From Abditibacteriaceae bacterium (GTDB taxonomy: Bacteria > Armatimonadota > Abditibacteriia > Abditibacteriales > Abditibacteriaceae), in contig JANMKN010000182.1 of NCBI GenBank assembly GCA_031372065.1, forward strand, positions 1 to 32,221: 32,221 bases of DNA, written 5' to 3'. A program made the position numbers and the translations under genes. Below, in pieces: positions 16,419-25,015 of the stretch. Each line of letters starts with the position of its first letter. Position 1 is the first letter of the stretch. Below the pieces are notes generated by a model. That model was not told the origin of the DNA and ran no database searches. It saw only the letters and a list, made by a program, of their open reading frames with translations.

Positions 16419-17927
16419 ATGACAAATCAAGCAATTCTTGATGTTTACAAAGGACTCGAACCGGCGCAGGTGTGGCGGCATTTTGCCAGTTTGAATCTCA
16501 TTCCACGCCCGTCGGGGCAGGAAATGATGGCTTCGGCTTATGTGCGCCATGTGGCCGAAACTCATGGCGCAACGTGGAAAAGCGATGCGCGCGGCAACAC
16601 TGTGGTTTACGTTCCGGCTACCAAGGGGCGCAAAGTGCGGGCGACGATGGTTTTGCAGGCACACCTCGATATGGTCTGCGAAAAGCGGCCCGAAGTGGAG
16701 ATTGATTTTTCACGCGACCCGATTCGCCCGCAACTTGTAGATTCACCGGACGGCCCGCGCATTTACGCCAGCGGCACCACGCTGGGCGCCGATAACGGCC
16801 TTGGCGCGGCGATGGCTCTGGCGGTTTTGACCGATCCCACCATCGAACACGGGCCACTTGAATTACTTTTCACCGTCGAAGAAGAAACCGGGCTTTTCGG
16901 CGCGGCGGAATTGGACGGCGCGCTGCTTTCGGGCAAAAAACTGATTAACCTCGATACTGAAGACCCGCACGAAATCGTGATCGGCTGCGCCGGAGGCAGC
17001 GGCGTAAATTTAACCTTGTCCTTGCCGGGCGAAACTTTAAATCTCGGCCATGCCGCGCTGCGACTTCGCGTCGGCGGCTTGCAGGGCGGGCACAGCGGCA
17101 TCGAAATTAATCAGCCGCGCGCCAATGCCATCAAGGTTTTAACCGCCGTTCTCGACCACATCGGCGCGGCGAATATTCCGTTTCACATCTGGCACATCGA
17201 AGGCGGGCAGGCGCACAATGCCATCCCGCGCGATGCGTTTGCCGAAATCGCTTGTTCGCCCAATGATGTCGAAAAAATCGAAGCCGTCGCAGAGGAAATG
17301 GAAACCGAACTGCACGGCAGCGCGGGCACGCACGAACCGGACGCCAAAATTACCCTTGAGCCTATCGAAGCGCCGCCTGCCGCGTGGCGGCGGCCCCACG
17401 ATCAGGTTCTTATCGCCTTGCTCAGTCAATTGCCGCACGGCGTTTTGCAAATGAGCCAGCGTTTTGCGGGCAAAGTCGAAACATCGGCCAATCTTGCCAC
17501 GCTGCGCACCCAAAGTGTCGGCGATGAGTTCAAAGACGCCTTTAAAATTGAATTACACGTCAGTTTGCGCTCGTTTATCGGCAGCGAAATCGAACGCCTG
17601 CGCGCTTCGCTGATTCAAACCGCGCAGGCACTCGCGCCCGAAGTCGAAGTTTCCATTCGCGACGGTTATCCCGGCTGGGAGCCGAATCCCGGCCCGCTTT
17701 TGGAAACCGCCAAGCGCGTTTACAAGGACGTTTTCGGACGCGAAGCCGTGATTGAAATCGTTCATGCCGGACTCGAATGCGGCATTATCGCCGACAAAGT
17801 GCCCGGCCTCGAAGCCGTTTCGTTCGGCCCGCTCATCAAAGGCGCCCACACGCCCGAAGAATGGGCCGATGTGAACAGCACCGAAGCCATTTGGAAACTG
17901 CTGGCGGCACTGTTGAAAGAGATTTGA
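16419..17927 (+). CDS. pepD: Aminoacyl-histidine dipeptidase (peptidase D, M20 family)
   Basis: LQAHLDMVCEK, GTTLGADNG, TVEEETGL, NLDTED, GGHSG, HAGLECG, AHTPEE. Confidence 0.94.
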   Translation: MTNQAILDVYKGLEPAQVWRHFASLNLIPRPSGQEMMASAYVRHVAETHGATWKSDARGNTVVYVPATKGRKVRATMVLQAHLDMVCEKRPEVEIDFSRDPIRPQLVDSPDGPRIYASGTTLGADNGLGAAMALAVLTDPTIEHGPLELLFTVEEETGLFGAAELDGALLSGKKLINLDTEDPHEIVIGCAGGSGVNLTLSLPGETLNLGHAALRLRVGGLQGGHSGIEINQPRANAIKVLTAVLDHIGAANIPFHIWHIEGGQAHNAIPRDAFAEIACSPNDVEKIEAVAEEMETELHGSAGTHEPDAKITLEPIEAPPAAWRRPHDQVLIALLSQLPHGVLQMSQRFAGKVETSANLATLRTQSVGDEFKDAFKIELHVSLRSFIGSEIERLRASLIQTAQALAPEVEVSIRDGYPGWEPNPGPLLETAKRVYKDVFGREAVIEIVHAGLECGIIADKVPGLEAVSFGPLIKGAHTPEEWADVNSTEAIWKLLAALLKEI

Positions 17928-17966
17928 TTTACTGCTGTCAAGGCAAGTCGGGCTTAGGAGTTCTGC

Positions 17967-19103
17967 ATGAAACGAAACAGCATGAACCTATTAAGGTTTC
18001 TATTGTGGAGCCTTATTCTTTTTGCCGTCGGCAGCGGCGTAGCGAATGCCGATGTAACGGTAGACGGCATCACCTACCATGAAATTAGCCACGCGCACAA
18101 CAACCAGCTTGAACACGCCGCGCGCATTCGTTCGCTTGTTGAGCAGATTAAAGCGATTGAAAGGCAATTGGCCGACGTGCGCAGTCGCGCGGCGCGACTG
18201 CAAAGCGAAATCACGGCTTTAGAAGCGGAAAAAAAGCGCGTTTTAGATGAATATCGCCAGGGCGCGTTTTGCACTGGCTGTGACAAAGCCCGTTCAGAAT
18301 TTGCGCCCGGCGAAGCCTTTCCTCATGCCGGGCAGCAAGTGCGAGGCGCCACGCCGGAAGAACTTGCCAGAAAAGAGAAAGGATATAACGATAAAATCGC
18401 CGCCAAGCAGCGCGAATTAGCCGCCCTGCCCAATGCGACGACACTTGAAACCGATCGTTTAGCGCTGACGAACAAGCTGATCAACAACGAAATTCCCTGG
18501 TGGGCCGGTTGCGTGGACGCTGAAGTTGAACTGCGTAAGCAGGCTTGGGAAAACGACAAAAAGAATCTCAAAGATAAAATCAGCCAGACCCAAAAAAGCC
18601 TTTCTGATGCCAACGCCGCTTACAATCGGGCGGCAGCGCAAGCTAAACCAAATCCGGCGGTGCTTGACGGCATGAAAACCGGCATAGAGTCGCTTAAGAC
18701 ACAAACGAGAAACTTACAAGACGATTTACCCCGCTTGCGCGAATCGCACGTCAAAACGATGGACGATTTTTCGCGTCAGGCTTTGGGCGCGCAGAAAGAA
18801 TTAGCCGATTTATGCGCCACTATCCGCGATGACATGGGCCTATTTAGCGGCACCGACATCGCCAACAAGATGCGCGGCTATGGATGGGATTTCAGGCTGT
18901 CGTTTGTTGATGCCAATCCTTTGACCGGACTTTCCTTAACGCCGCTCACCGGCCTTTCTTCCAGCGGGCAAACCATAAACGACATTAAAATTCTGCTCGA
19001 AGGCGGTAAGCCTGCAAGTGGCATTGGATTAGGCGCGGGCGCTCATCCTAATTTTGGACTGGGTGGCAGCGACCCGAAAGCAGTGTTGGAAGGCAAAAAA
19101 TGA
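17967..19103 (+). CDS. Hypothetical exported coiled-coil protein with a CxxC motif
   Basis: Signal peptide ending around ANA; long amphipathic heptad segments; FCTGC; AGGAG ribosome-binding site upstream. Confidence 0.82.
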   Translation: MKRNSMNLLRFLLWSLILFAVGSGVANADVTVDGITYHEISHAHNNQLEHAARIRSLVEQIKAIERQLADVRSRAARLQSEITALEAEKKRVLDEYRQGAFCTGCDKARSEFAPGEAFPHAGQQVRGATPEELARKEKGYNDKIAAKQRELAALPNATTLETDRLALTNKLINNEIPWWAGCVDAEVELRKQAWENDKKNLKDKISQTQKSLSDANAAYNRAAAQAKPNPAVLDGMKTGIESLKTQTRNLQDDLPRLRESHVKTMDDFSRQALGAQKELADLCATIRDDMGLFSGTDIANKMRGYGWDFRLSFVDANPLTGLSLTPLTGLSSSGQTINDIKILLEGGKPASGIGLGAGAHPNFGLGGSDPKAVLEGKK

Positions 19104-21184
19104 ATTACAAAAATTCGTTGCGCGTTTTTGTTGTAGCGTGTTTTCTGTGGATGCTCGGAGGCTGGCCGGCGCAAAGTCAGAATGCCAATGACTACGCAGG
19201 GTTGATTGAAGATGCCAAGTCATTGATCAATGAAGAGAAGCCCGAACAAGCGTTTCAAAAAGCTCTTAAAGCTATCGAAGTGGACGGCAACCGCGCCGAT
19301 GCTTATTTTTATGCGGGCGTGGCGATGTATCGTCAGGATTTGCTGGACGCCGCCGAAAAATACGTAAAATTAGCTCTCGACCGCGCGCCAAACGATGAAA
19401 AACAAGCCGTCAACAAGCAGTTCATCACGGGAACACTCAAAGCGATTGCTGAAAAACGTGATTTTTTAGCGCGTGTAAAAGTGGCCGCACAAGCCGAACA
19501 GGATGGCCTGACCGCCAAAGCCGCGCGCGAATATGGCGCCGCCTGGAAACTATTTCCCTCGCGCAGCGATGTCGGTTTAAAAGCCGCCGTTTTGTGGGTT
19601 GATAAATTATCCGACCCCATCAAAGCCGTCGAAATTCTGCATTATGTCGCCGAGCATCCCCAAGCGCCGCCCGATGCCGAACAAGCCAACACAATGCTGG
19701 CGGCTATGCAACCGGCGTTAAATAAGTTGGGGTCAGAAAAATTTGAGTTGGGTGAAAAATTTATTCAACAAGCCCAAACCAAGCAAGCAATCCGCGCCTT
19801 TGAAGAAGCGATAGCTATTCAGCCGGAAGTGGCTGGCGCACATTATCAATTAAGCACGATTTATGCAGCGTTGAACGATTATGAAGCATTCACCAAGGAA
19901 TTGTTGCTATGGATTAAGGGCATTCAACTTTCTCCAGAGGCAGTGGGCTACGAGGCATTTTATGACCGCTTTTTCGATGACCCGCGCTTTCTAACTTTTC
20001 TTTCCGATGTATTTGGTGATGTGGGACAGGCAAAAGCTATTGCGGCGCGAAAAAAACGGCACACTTTGGAAGAATTGGACAGCAAAACCGTCGAAGAAAA
20101 ACTCATCGCGCTACGCCAAATTTTGAAAGATTCTCCTGAGGATACAGACTTAAAGTGGCAATTATTCAACACTCTTTTAGCCATGCCAATGCCAATTAAA
20201 GGTGATGTCATCGCAGCGGCTGATGATTACTTGAAAAAGTATTATGGAGAGGAAAAAGAATTTTACTATCCGCTTTATTCATTGGCACTTACGTTGTCAG
20301 GGACCAATCTTTTCCTCGATGAAGCGCGCCGATACGGTGAAAAGGCTGTGCCCTTACTGCCCGCTGATGCGGACGACAATAGCCGCGCCAATCTGTATCA
20401 CGTTTTAGGAGGCATTTATTATCAGCAGGGCGATTACCCTGACGCCCTGCTCTGGCTCAAAAAGGCGACTGATATTTACAAAACGGACGAGTTTGCTTCG
20501 CCGGCGCAGTGGCTGCCATTGGCGCAAGCGGAAGAGAAAAGCGCCAAAACCGATGAAGCCTTAGCCGACTATTTGAAAGTCGCCGCAATGTTTCTCCAAA
20601 ACGACTCTTCTACCGAAGCCGAAGCTGGCTATTTGCGCGTTGGGCTGGCTAAAGGACGCGCCGAAGGCGAACTGAAGGACGAACTGGAAAAACAGCGAAA
20701 AGCCAATACCGAGAATTGGCTGGCTTCGTTGCGTATTGACAAACCGGCACCATCGTGGACAGCTTCTAAGTCTGATGGCAGCGTCCTGAAAATGAGCGAT
20801 TATGCGGGCAAGGTCGTCGTGCTTTTTATTTGGTCAAGCGCCTCAGTTGACCAAATAAAGTCTTTGATGGCACTTCAGGAAAAGTATAAAGGCCGCGTCG
20901 AATTTGTCGGCTTGAATCAAGAGGATGTATATTCACTCGCTAAAATAGGCTCCGTGCAAAAGTTCATGACCGAAAAAGGTTATAACTTCACCACAATTCT
21001 CGATCATGAATGGAAAGTGAGGGATCAACTCGATCCCGAAACGAATTTTTCCAGCACTGTTCACATCATTGATGAACACGGCATCCTTCGCTATCACTAT
21101 GGTCAGCTTGAGGATAGTAAGGAATTTAATTTGTTGTTAAGCCAGGTGCTAAACAACGAGAAGGCAGCGAAGCCCGCTGAGTAA
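19100..21184 (+). CDS. Exported TPR-repeat protein with C-terminal TlpA/redoxin-like domain lacking CxxC
   Basis: Signal peptide; TPR-like helices (ADAYFYAGVAMYRQ, AGAHYQLSTIY, LYHVLGGIYYQQGDY); KPAPSW..DGSVLKMSDYAGKVVVLFIW, VEFVGLN, HIIDEHGILRY. Confidence 0.85.
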   Translation: MNYKNSLRVFVVACFLWMLGGWPAQSQNANDYAGLIEDAKSLINEEKPEQAFQKALKAIEVDGNRADAYFYAGVAMYRQDLLDAAEKYVKLALDRAPNDEKQAVNKQFITGTLKAIAEKRDFLARVKVAAQAEQDGLTAKAAREYGAAWKLFPSRSDVGLKAAVLWVDKLSDPIKAVEILHYVAEHPQAPPDAEQANTMLAAMQPALNKLGSEKFELGEKFIQQAQTKQAIRAFEEAIAIQPEVAGAHYQLSTIYAALNDYEAFTKELLLWIKGIQLSPEAVGYEAFYDRFFDDPRFLTFLSDVFGDVGQAKAIAARKKRHTLEELDSKTVEEKLIALRQILKDSPEDTDLKWQLFNTLLAMPMPIKGDVIAAADDYLKKYYGEEKEFYYPLYSLALTLSGTNLFLDEARRYGEKAVPLLPADADDNSRANLYHVLGGIYYQQGDYPDALLWLKKATDIYKTDEFASPAQWLPLAQAEEKSAKTDEALADYLKVAAMFLQNDSSTEAEAGYLRVGLAKGRAEGELKDELEKQRKANTENWLASLRIDKPAPSWTASKSDGSVLKMSDYAGKVVVLFIWSSASVDQIKSLMALQEKYKGRVEFVGLNQEDVYSLAKIGSVQKFMTEKGYNFTTILDHEWKVRDQLDPETNFSSTVHIIDEHGILRYHYGQLEDSKEFNLLLSQVLNNEKAAKPAE

Positions 21185-21226
21185 GGCGCTAACCGTCAAC
21201 TGCTTACCGCTTTATCTTCGTTCGCT

Positions 21227-21949
21227 TCAATCAGGCAGCTTTTGCAGTTCGCTTTTCAATTGGCGATAGATTTCTTTTGTCCAAATTGGCGAATTGATTT
21301 TTGGCGCGGGTTTGGCGCGCAAATCACGCGGGCACAGCAAAACTTTGATGGTTTGCGGCCATTTTTCCGCCGCGAGGCAGAATAATTCTTCGGCAGCTTC
21401 ATCGCCCATTGCGAGGCAGCCAACCGAGCCGTTGCTGCCGTGAATCATGATGTCGCCGCCTAAATTGTCGCGATTTTCGCGCGCGGCTTGGGCGCGGTCG
21501 TAATCATTTGGATAATCCACGCGCAAGGCCAAATGGAACAAGCTGTTAGGATTGAGCGATTCGATTTGATACACGCCTTCGGGCACTTGAAAATCGCCTT
21601 CGCGCAGTTTCGGGCCGGAATGACCGCTGGCCGCTAAAATATCGTAAGCGCGAATGAATTTTAAATCGCCATTAACACCAGCGGCGTAAAGTTCAAGCTG
21701 GCGTTCTTCTTTCAGACCGACTAAAACTATTTTGGAGGGCGGATATTCCATGCCCGCTTTGGTAAAATAGGGCGCCAAACGCTCTCGCACTGGGGCGCCG
21801 TATTCTTGCAAGCGGTCTTCGCTTGTCGTGCGGCCTTTGATTTTGTTCACCAAGCGTTCGCCTCCCGGAATAGAACGATAAAACTTCACGAACAGCGTCA
21901 ACAAGACGGCAACGAGCAAGAATCCGAGCAAAAAACGGCGCATTTTCAT
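21227..21949 (-). CDS. YkuD-family L,D-transpeptidase-like protein (YafK-like)
   Basis: GPKLREGDFQVPEGVY, DYPN, GGDIMIHG..GSVGCLAM with catalytic His/Cys; N-terminal anchor. Confidence 0.9.
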   Translation of the reverse strand: MKMRRFLLGFLLVAVLLTLFVKFYRSIPGGERLVNKIKGRTTSEDRLQEYGAPVRERLAPYFTKAGMEYPPSKIVLVGLKEERQLELYAAGVNGDLKFIRAYDILAASGHSGPKLREGDFQVPEGVYQIESLNPNSLFHLALRVDYPNDYDRAQAARENRDNLGGDIMIHGSNGSVGCLAMGDEAAEELFCLAAEKWPQTIKVLLCPRDLRAKPAPKINSPIWTKEIYRQLKSELQKLPD

Positions 21950-21992
21950 GAGCTAAAGGATAAAATATCAGCGAGGGCAGCGATAGATTCTT

Positions 21993-23225
21993 ATGGCGAC
22001 CAAAACAACCACGCCGGTTTCGCAAAAGCGCAGTGGCAACCCAACAGGCTGTTTGGTCTTATTCGGCCTGATTTTTCTGCTGGCCGGTCTCGGCGCCTTT
22101 TTCTTCACGTTTTTAACCCCGCTATTGCAAATTCAGGCGGCCCAAAATTGGAAGCCGGTTGCCGCCACTATTATTTCCAGCAGCGTGGGCAGCAACCGCG
22201 ACAGCGATGGCGACACGACTTATCGCGTCGAAGTCCAATACTCCTTCCCCTTCAACGGCCAAACGTATTACGGCAACACTTATCAATTTGGCGCCAATGG
22301 TTCCAGCAATGCCACCGAGAAAAACGCTATCGTGGCGAAATTACCGCCCGGCACAAAAATCACTTGCTATGTCAATCCGGCGAATCCGAATCAATCTGTC
22401 ATCAATCCCAGCATGAACCGCGACCTATGGCCCGGCTTGTTTTCGCTGATTTTTGTGGCAGTGGGCGCCGGAATTATCATAGCGGGCATAAAAAGCGGAA
22501 AATCGGGCGCAGTGCGGGCAGGCGCGCAAAGCTGGCAGCCCAAAAGCACGATGGGTTCTGGCGCGATGGGTTCTGGTGGCGCGGTGGAACGGATGCCACA
22601 AAGCGCGATTCCTACCGCAGCGGGCGGGCCGGTCACGCTCAAACCGCGCACCACGCGTTTTGGCGGATTTTGCGGTTTGCTTGTCTTCAGCGTTTTCTGG
22701 AACGGCATTGTCGGCGTTTTTTTGGCGAGTGCTTTCTTTGGAAAATCGGGCAGTTTTCCTATATTCATGTGGCTATTTCTCACGCCGTTTATTTTAGTCG
22801 GCATCATAATGATCGGCGCCACATTTCATCAATTTTTGGCGATGTTCGGCCCCAAAGTCGAACTCACCGTGTCACAAGCCCAAGTGCCGCTCGGCAGCAG
22901 CATAAATATCAACTGGAAACTCAGCGGGCGCCAAAATGTGACGAAGTTTCAAATCTTTCTCGAAGGCCGCGAAGAAGCGACTTACCGGCGCGGAACCGAC
23001 ACTTACACCGATAAAAACACCTTTTGCGTGCTGGATGTGACCAACACTCTGAGCAGCGTCACGCAAGGCGACGCCACAGTGCAAATTCCCATCGCCACGA
23101 TGCATTCGTTTGAAGCGCGCAACAATAAAATCCTCTGGCAATTAGTTGTCAAAGGCGAAATCCCCATCTGGCCCGACATCAAAGACGAGTATCCAATTGT
23201 GGTTTTGCCGGTTAATTTTTCATGA
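21993..23225 (+). CDS. DUF3592-domain membrane protein
   Basis: TM, then AQNWKPVAATIISSSV..YRVEVQYSF..GQTYYG..CYVNPANPNQSVI, then further TMs and a soluble beta-rich C-terminus. Confidence 0.85.
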   Translation: MATKTTTPVSQKRSGNPTGCLVLFGLIFLLAGLGAFFFTFLTPLLQIQAAQNWKPVAATIISSSVGSNRDSDGDTTYRVEVQYSFPFNGQTYYGNTYQFGANGSSNATEKNAIVAKLPPGTKITCYVNPANPNQSVINPSMNRDLWPGLFSLIFVAVGAGIIIAGIKSGKSGAVRAGAQSWQPKSTMGSGAMGSGGAVERMPQSAIPTAAGGPVTLKPRTTRFGGFCGLLVFSVFWNGIVGVFLASAFFGKSGSFPIFMWLFLTPFILVGIIMIGATFHQFLAMFGPKVELTVSQAQVPLGSSININWKLSGRQNVTKFQIFLEGREEATYRRGTDTYTDKNTFCVLDVTNTLSSVTQGDATVQIPIATMHSFEARNNKILWQLVVKGEIPIWPDIKDEYPIVVLPVNFS

Positions 23226-23764
23226 ATCAACTCGATATTTCCACCAACAATCAAAGCAGTTTCCGGCCCGGCGAATGGATTGAAGGCAAAGCCATCTGGC
23301 AACTTGATAAAAGCGCCGACTGGCTCGAAGTGCGCCTTTTATGGTTCACACAAGGCAAAGGCGATGCGGACATTAGCATCGAAAACGCCCTGCGCGTTGA
23401 AAACCCGTCGTCCAACGACAGCCTGCCGTTTCGCTTTCAATTGCCCGCCGCGCCCTACTCGTTTTCCGGCAAGCTGATTTCTTTGGTTTGGGCCATCGAA
23501 ATCGTCGCTGAAGGCATCAAAGAAGCGGCGCGTTTTGAATTTACCTTGGCGCCCGATGGCCGCGAAATCGAACTCGGCACCGAGACAGCGCATCTTTCGG
23601 CCAAAGAAAAAGCATTGCAAGATAAAGCCAACGCGTTTGCGCAACGCTTGGTCGAAAAACACGGCGGCACGGCTCCGGCACCCACTTCAAGTTCCAACTC
23701 TTCGGGGCCGTGGTCGGATAATAAAGAATCCCCGCAGCAAGCTACGGGGTATTTGAATGAGTAG
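23222..23764 (+). CDS. Hypothetical beta-sandwich (arrestin/Spo0M-like) protein; C-terminus extended by an inserted element
   Basis: ATGA overlap with the upstream gene; FRPGEWIEG, EVRLLWFTQGKG, FRFQLPAAPYSFSGKLISLVW. The fold assignment is inference. Confidence 0.8.
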   Translation: MNQLDISTNNQSSFRPGEWIEGKAIWQLDKSADWLEVRLLWFTQGKGDADISIENALRVENPSSNDSLPFRFQLPAAPYSFSGKLISLVWAIEIVAEGIKEAARFEFTLAPDGREIELGTETAHLSAKEKALQDKANAFAQRLVEKHGGTAPAPTSSSNSSGPWSDNKESPQQATGYLNE

Positions 23765-23886
23765 TTTAACTTTTTTGTCAAGGCCAACGGGTTCTTTCTC
23801 AAGAGCGCTCTGCGCTCCAAGGGAAGAGTGCTTCGCACTCGCGGTTACGCAGCAAGCTGCGGGGAATTGAACCCGAAGAGATTAAA
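23726..23886. mobile_element. Putative non-autonomous palindrome-bounded element (IS200/IS605-derived PATE-like or MITE)
   Basis: CGCAGCAAGCT(A/G)CGGGG at 23733..23749 and 23848..23864, each forming a hairpin; TAAA at both junctions; removal gives AAT AAA TGA in the host gene frame. Confidence 0.65.
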
Positions 23887-24227
23887 TGATTCGCAGGCAC
23901 AAAAAAGTGAGTGGAAGGCTCAGAAGGCTGCGTGGAACTTCCAGACGATGGCCGAATGTCTCAGAACGCCGCGCGATCCTTCAGAACTTGGCGGAAGCCT
24001 CAAACCGCCTAAATTGCGCGTTTAAGAGGCAAAAATGGGTCTAAAATAGCGAAAAGTGCCTCAATTAGCATGATTTTGGGCCTCGCGCAACAGATTTCAG
24101 CCTACTCATTTTCGTATTTCATAATAGCTTGTTTTGAGATCGCTCTCATATGCTAATATGTGTTGAAGTAAAACCTGACAAAAGTTCCATCACAAATTAC
24201 AAAAGTGGCGGGCGATATACTATCAGT

Positions 24228-25013
24228 ATGACTGTCTCGCACAGTAAGAAAATTTCAACTAAACGGCCTAAATTCAAATTTAGCACATGGATTTTTATGC
24301 TGGCCACGCTCGTTTTTGGCTTTCTGTGGCAGCTTATCGGCTATCGCTGTCATCCTTTGTATCGTGCGTTTCTGAAGTTGCAACTTGCTTTTTTTCGTTG
24401 GAAATTGCAAGTTTGGCCTTCAATACAAGGCGCACGCGCGGCAGGGCATTTACAGTTGATGGTTTTATACGATAAACGGGCTGCATGGCCCGAATTTGTG
24501 CCGCATTTGGAGAAGTTATCTATAAAACAGCGCGTGGAAGTTGCGCAATATTTGTTTTATCTGTTTTGGATAAACGCACGCTTTGCGGAAGCCTCAGAAA
24601 CCTGCAACTACTGGCAAAAAAACGCGCACGCATGGATTAGCGAAAATGAAAACAACGCGCGCCACGCCTTATATTCGCTACGGCAAATTGCCACTTGGAA
24701 GCCGGGTTATCGCGAAACCAGCAAAGCCACGCAATTTGAAGCGACAGAATTGCGAGATAAGGCTCGCAAATATGGCAGTTTCTGGGTAACCCATTACCGC
24801 AACGCGAAGTTGGCGGGCTTGATTTTAGAGTGGCTGAAAGAAAAAGATTACGCTCCGGCGATTGATTTTTTACGCAGCCATAAAATGAATCGCAATCCGC
24901 CATTTCCGCCGCGTTTTTATTTCTCCCACGATTTTGGCTTCGATTTATCACAAGAATTGGGTATGGAAGAAAACCTCTTTCTCAACCTGTGCCGCAAAGC
25001 CGAAGTGTTTTAA
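24228..25013 (+). CDS. Hypothetical membrane-anchored protein (ORF is open from 24150)
   Basis: Basic N-terminus then hydrophobic WIFMLATLVFGFLWQLIGY; AT-richer; ATG at 24228 preferred because TATACT lies just upstream. Confidence 0.7.
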   Translation: MTVSHSKKISTKRPKFKFSTWIFMLATLVFGFLWQLIGYRCHPLYRAFLKLQLAFFRWKLQVWPSIQGARAAGHLQLMVLYDKRAAWPEFVPHLEKLSIKQRVEVAQYLFYLFWINARFAEASETCNYWQKNAHAWISENENNARHALYSLRQIATWKPGYRETSKATQFEATELRDKARKYGSFWVTHYRNAKLAGLILEWLKEKDYAPAIDFLRSHKMNRNPPFPPRFYFSHDFGFDLSQELGMEENLFLNLCRKAEVF

Positions 25014-25015
25014 AA

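Noticed and set aside
21806..23014. 402-aa alternative-frame ORF
   Set aside because: Overlaps the DUF3592 gene in another frame; Arg-rich composition typical of off-frame translation.
23828..24025. 65-aa ORF beginning MLRTRGYAASCGELNPKRLN
   Set aside because: Reads through the palindromic element end and degenerate spacer; no coding evidence.
15135..25013. Gene-end duplications around the other accessory genes (15135..16382, 17967..21184, 24228..25013)
   Set aside because: Flanks were compared by eye and no convincing direct repeat was found.
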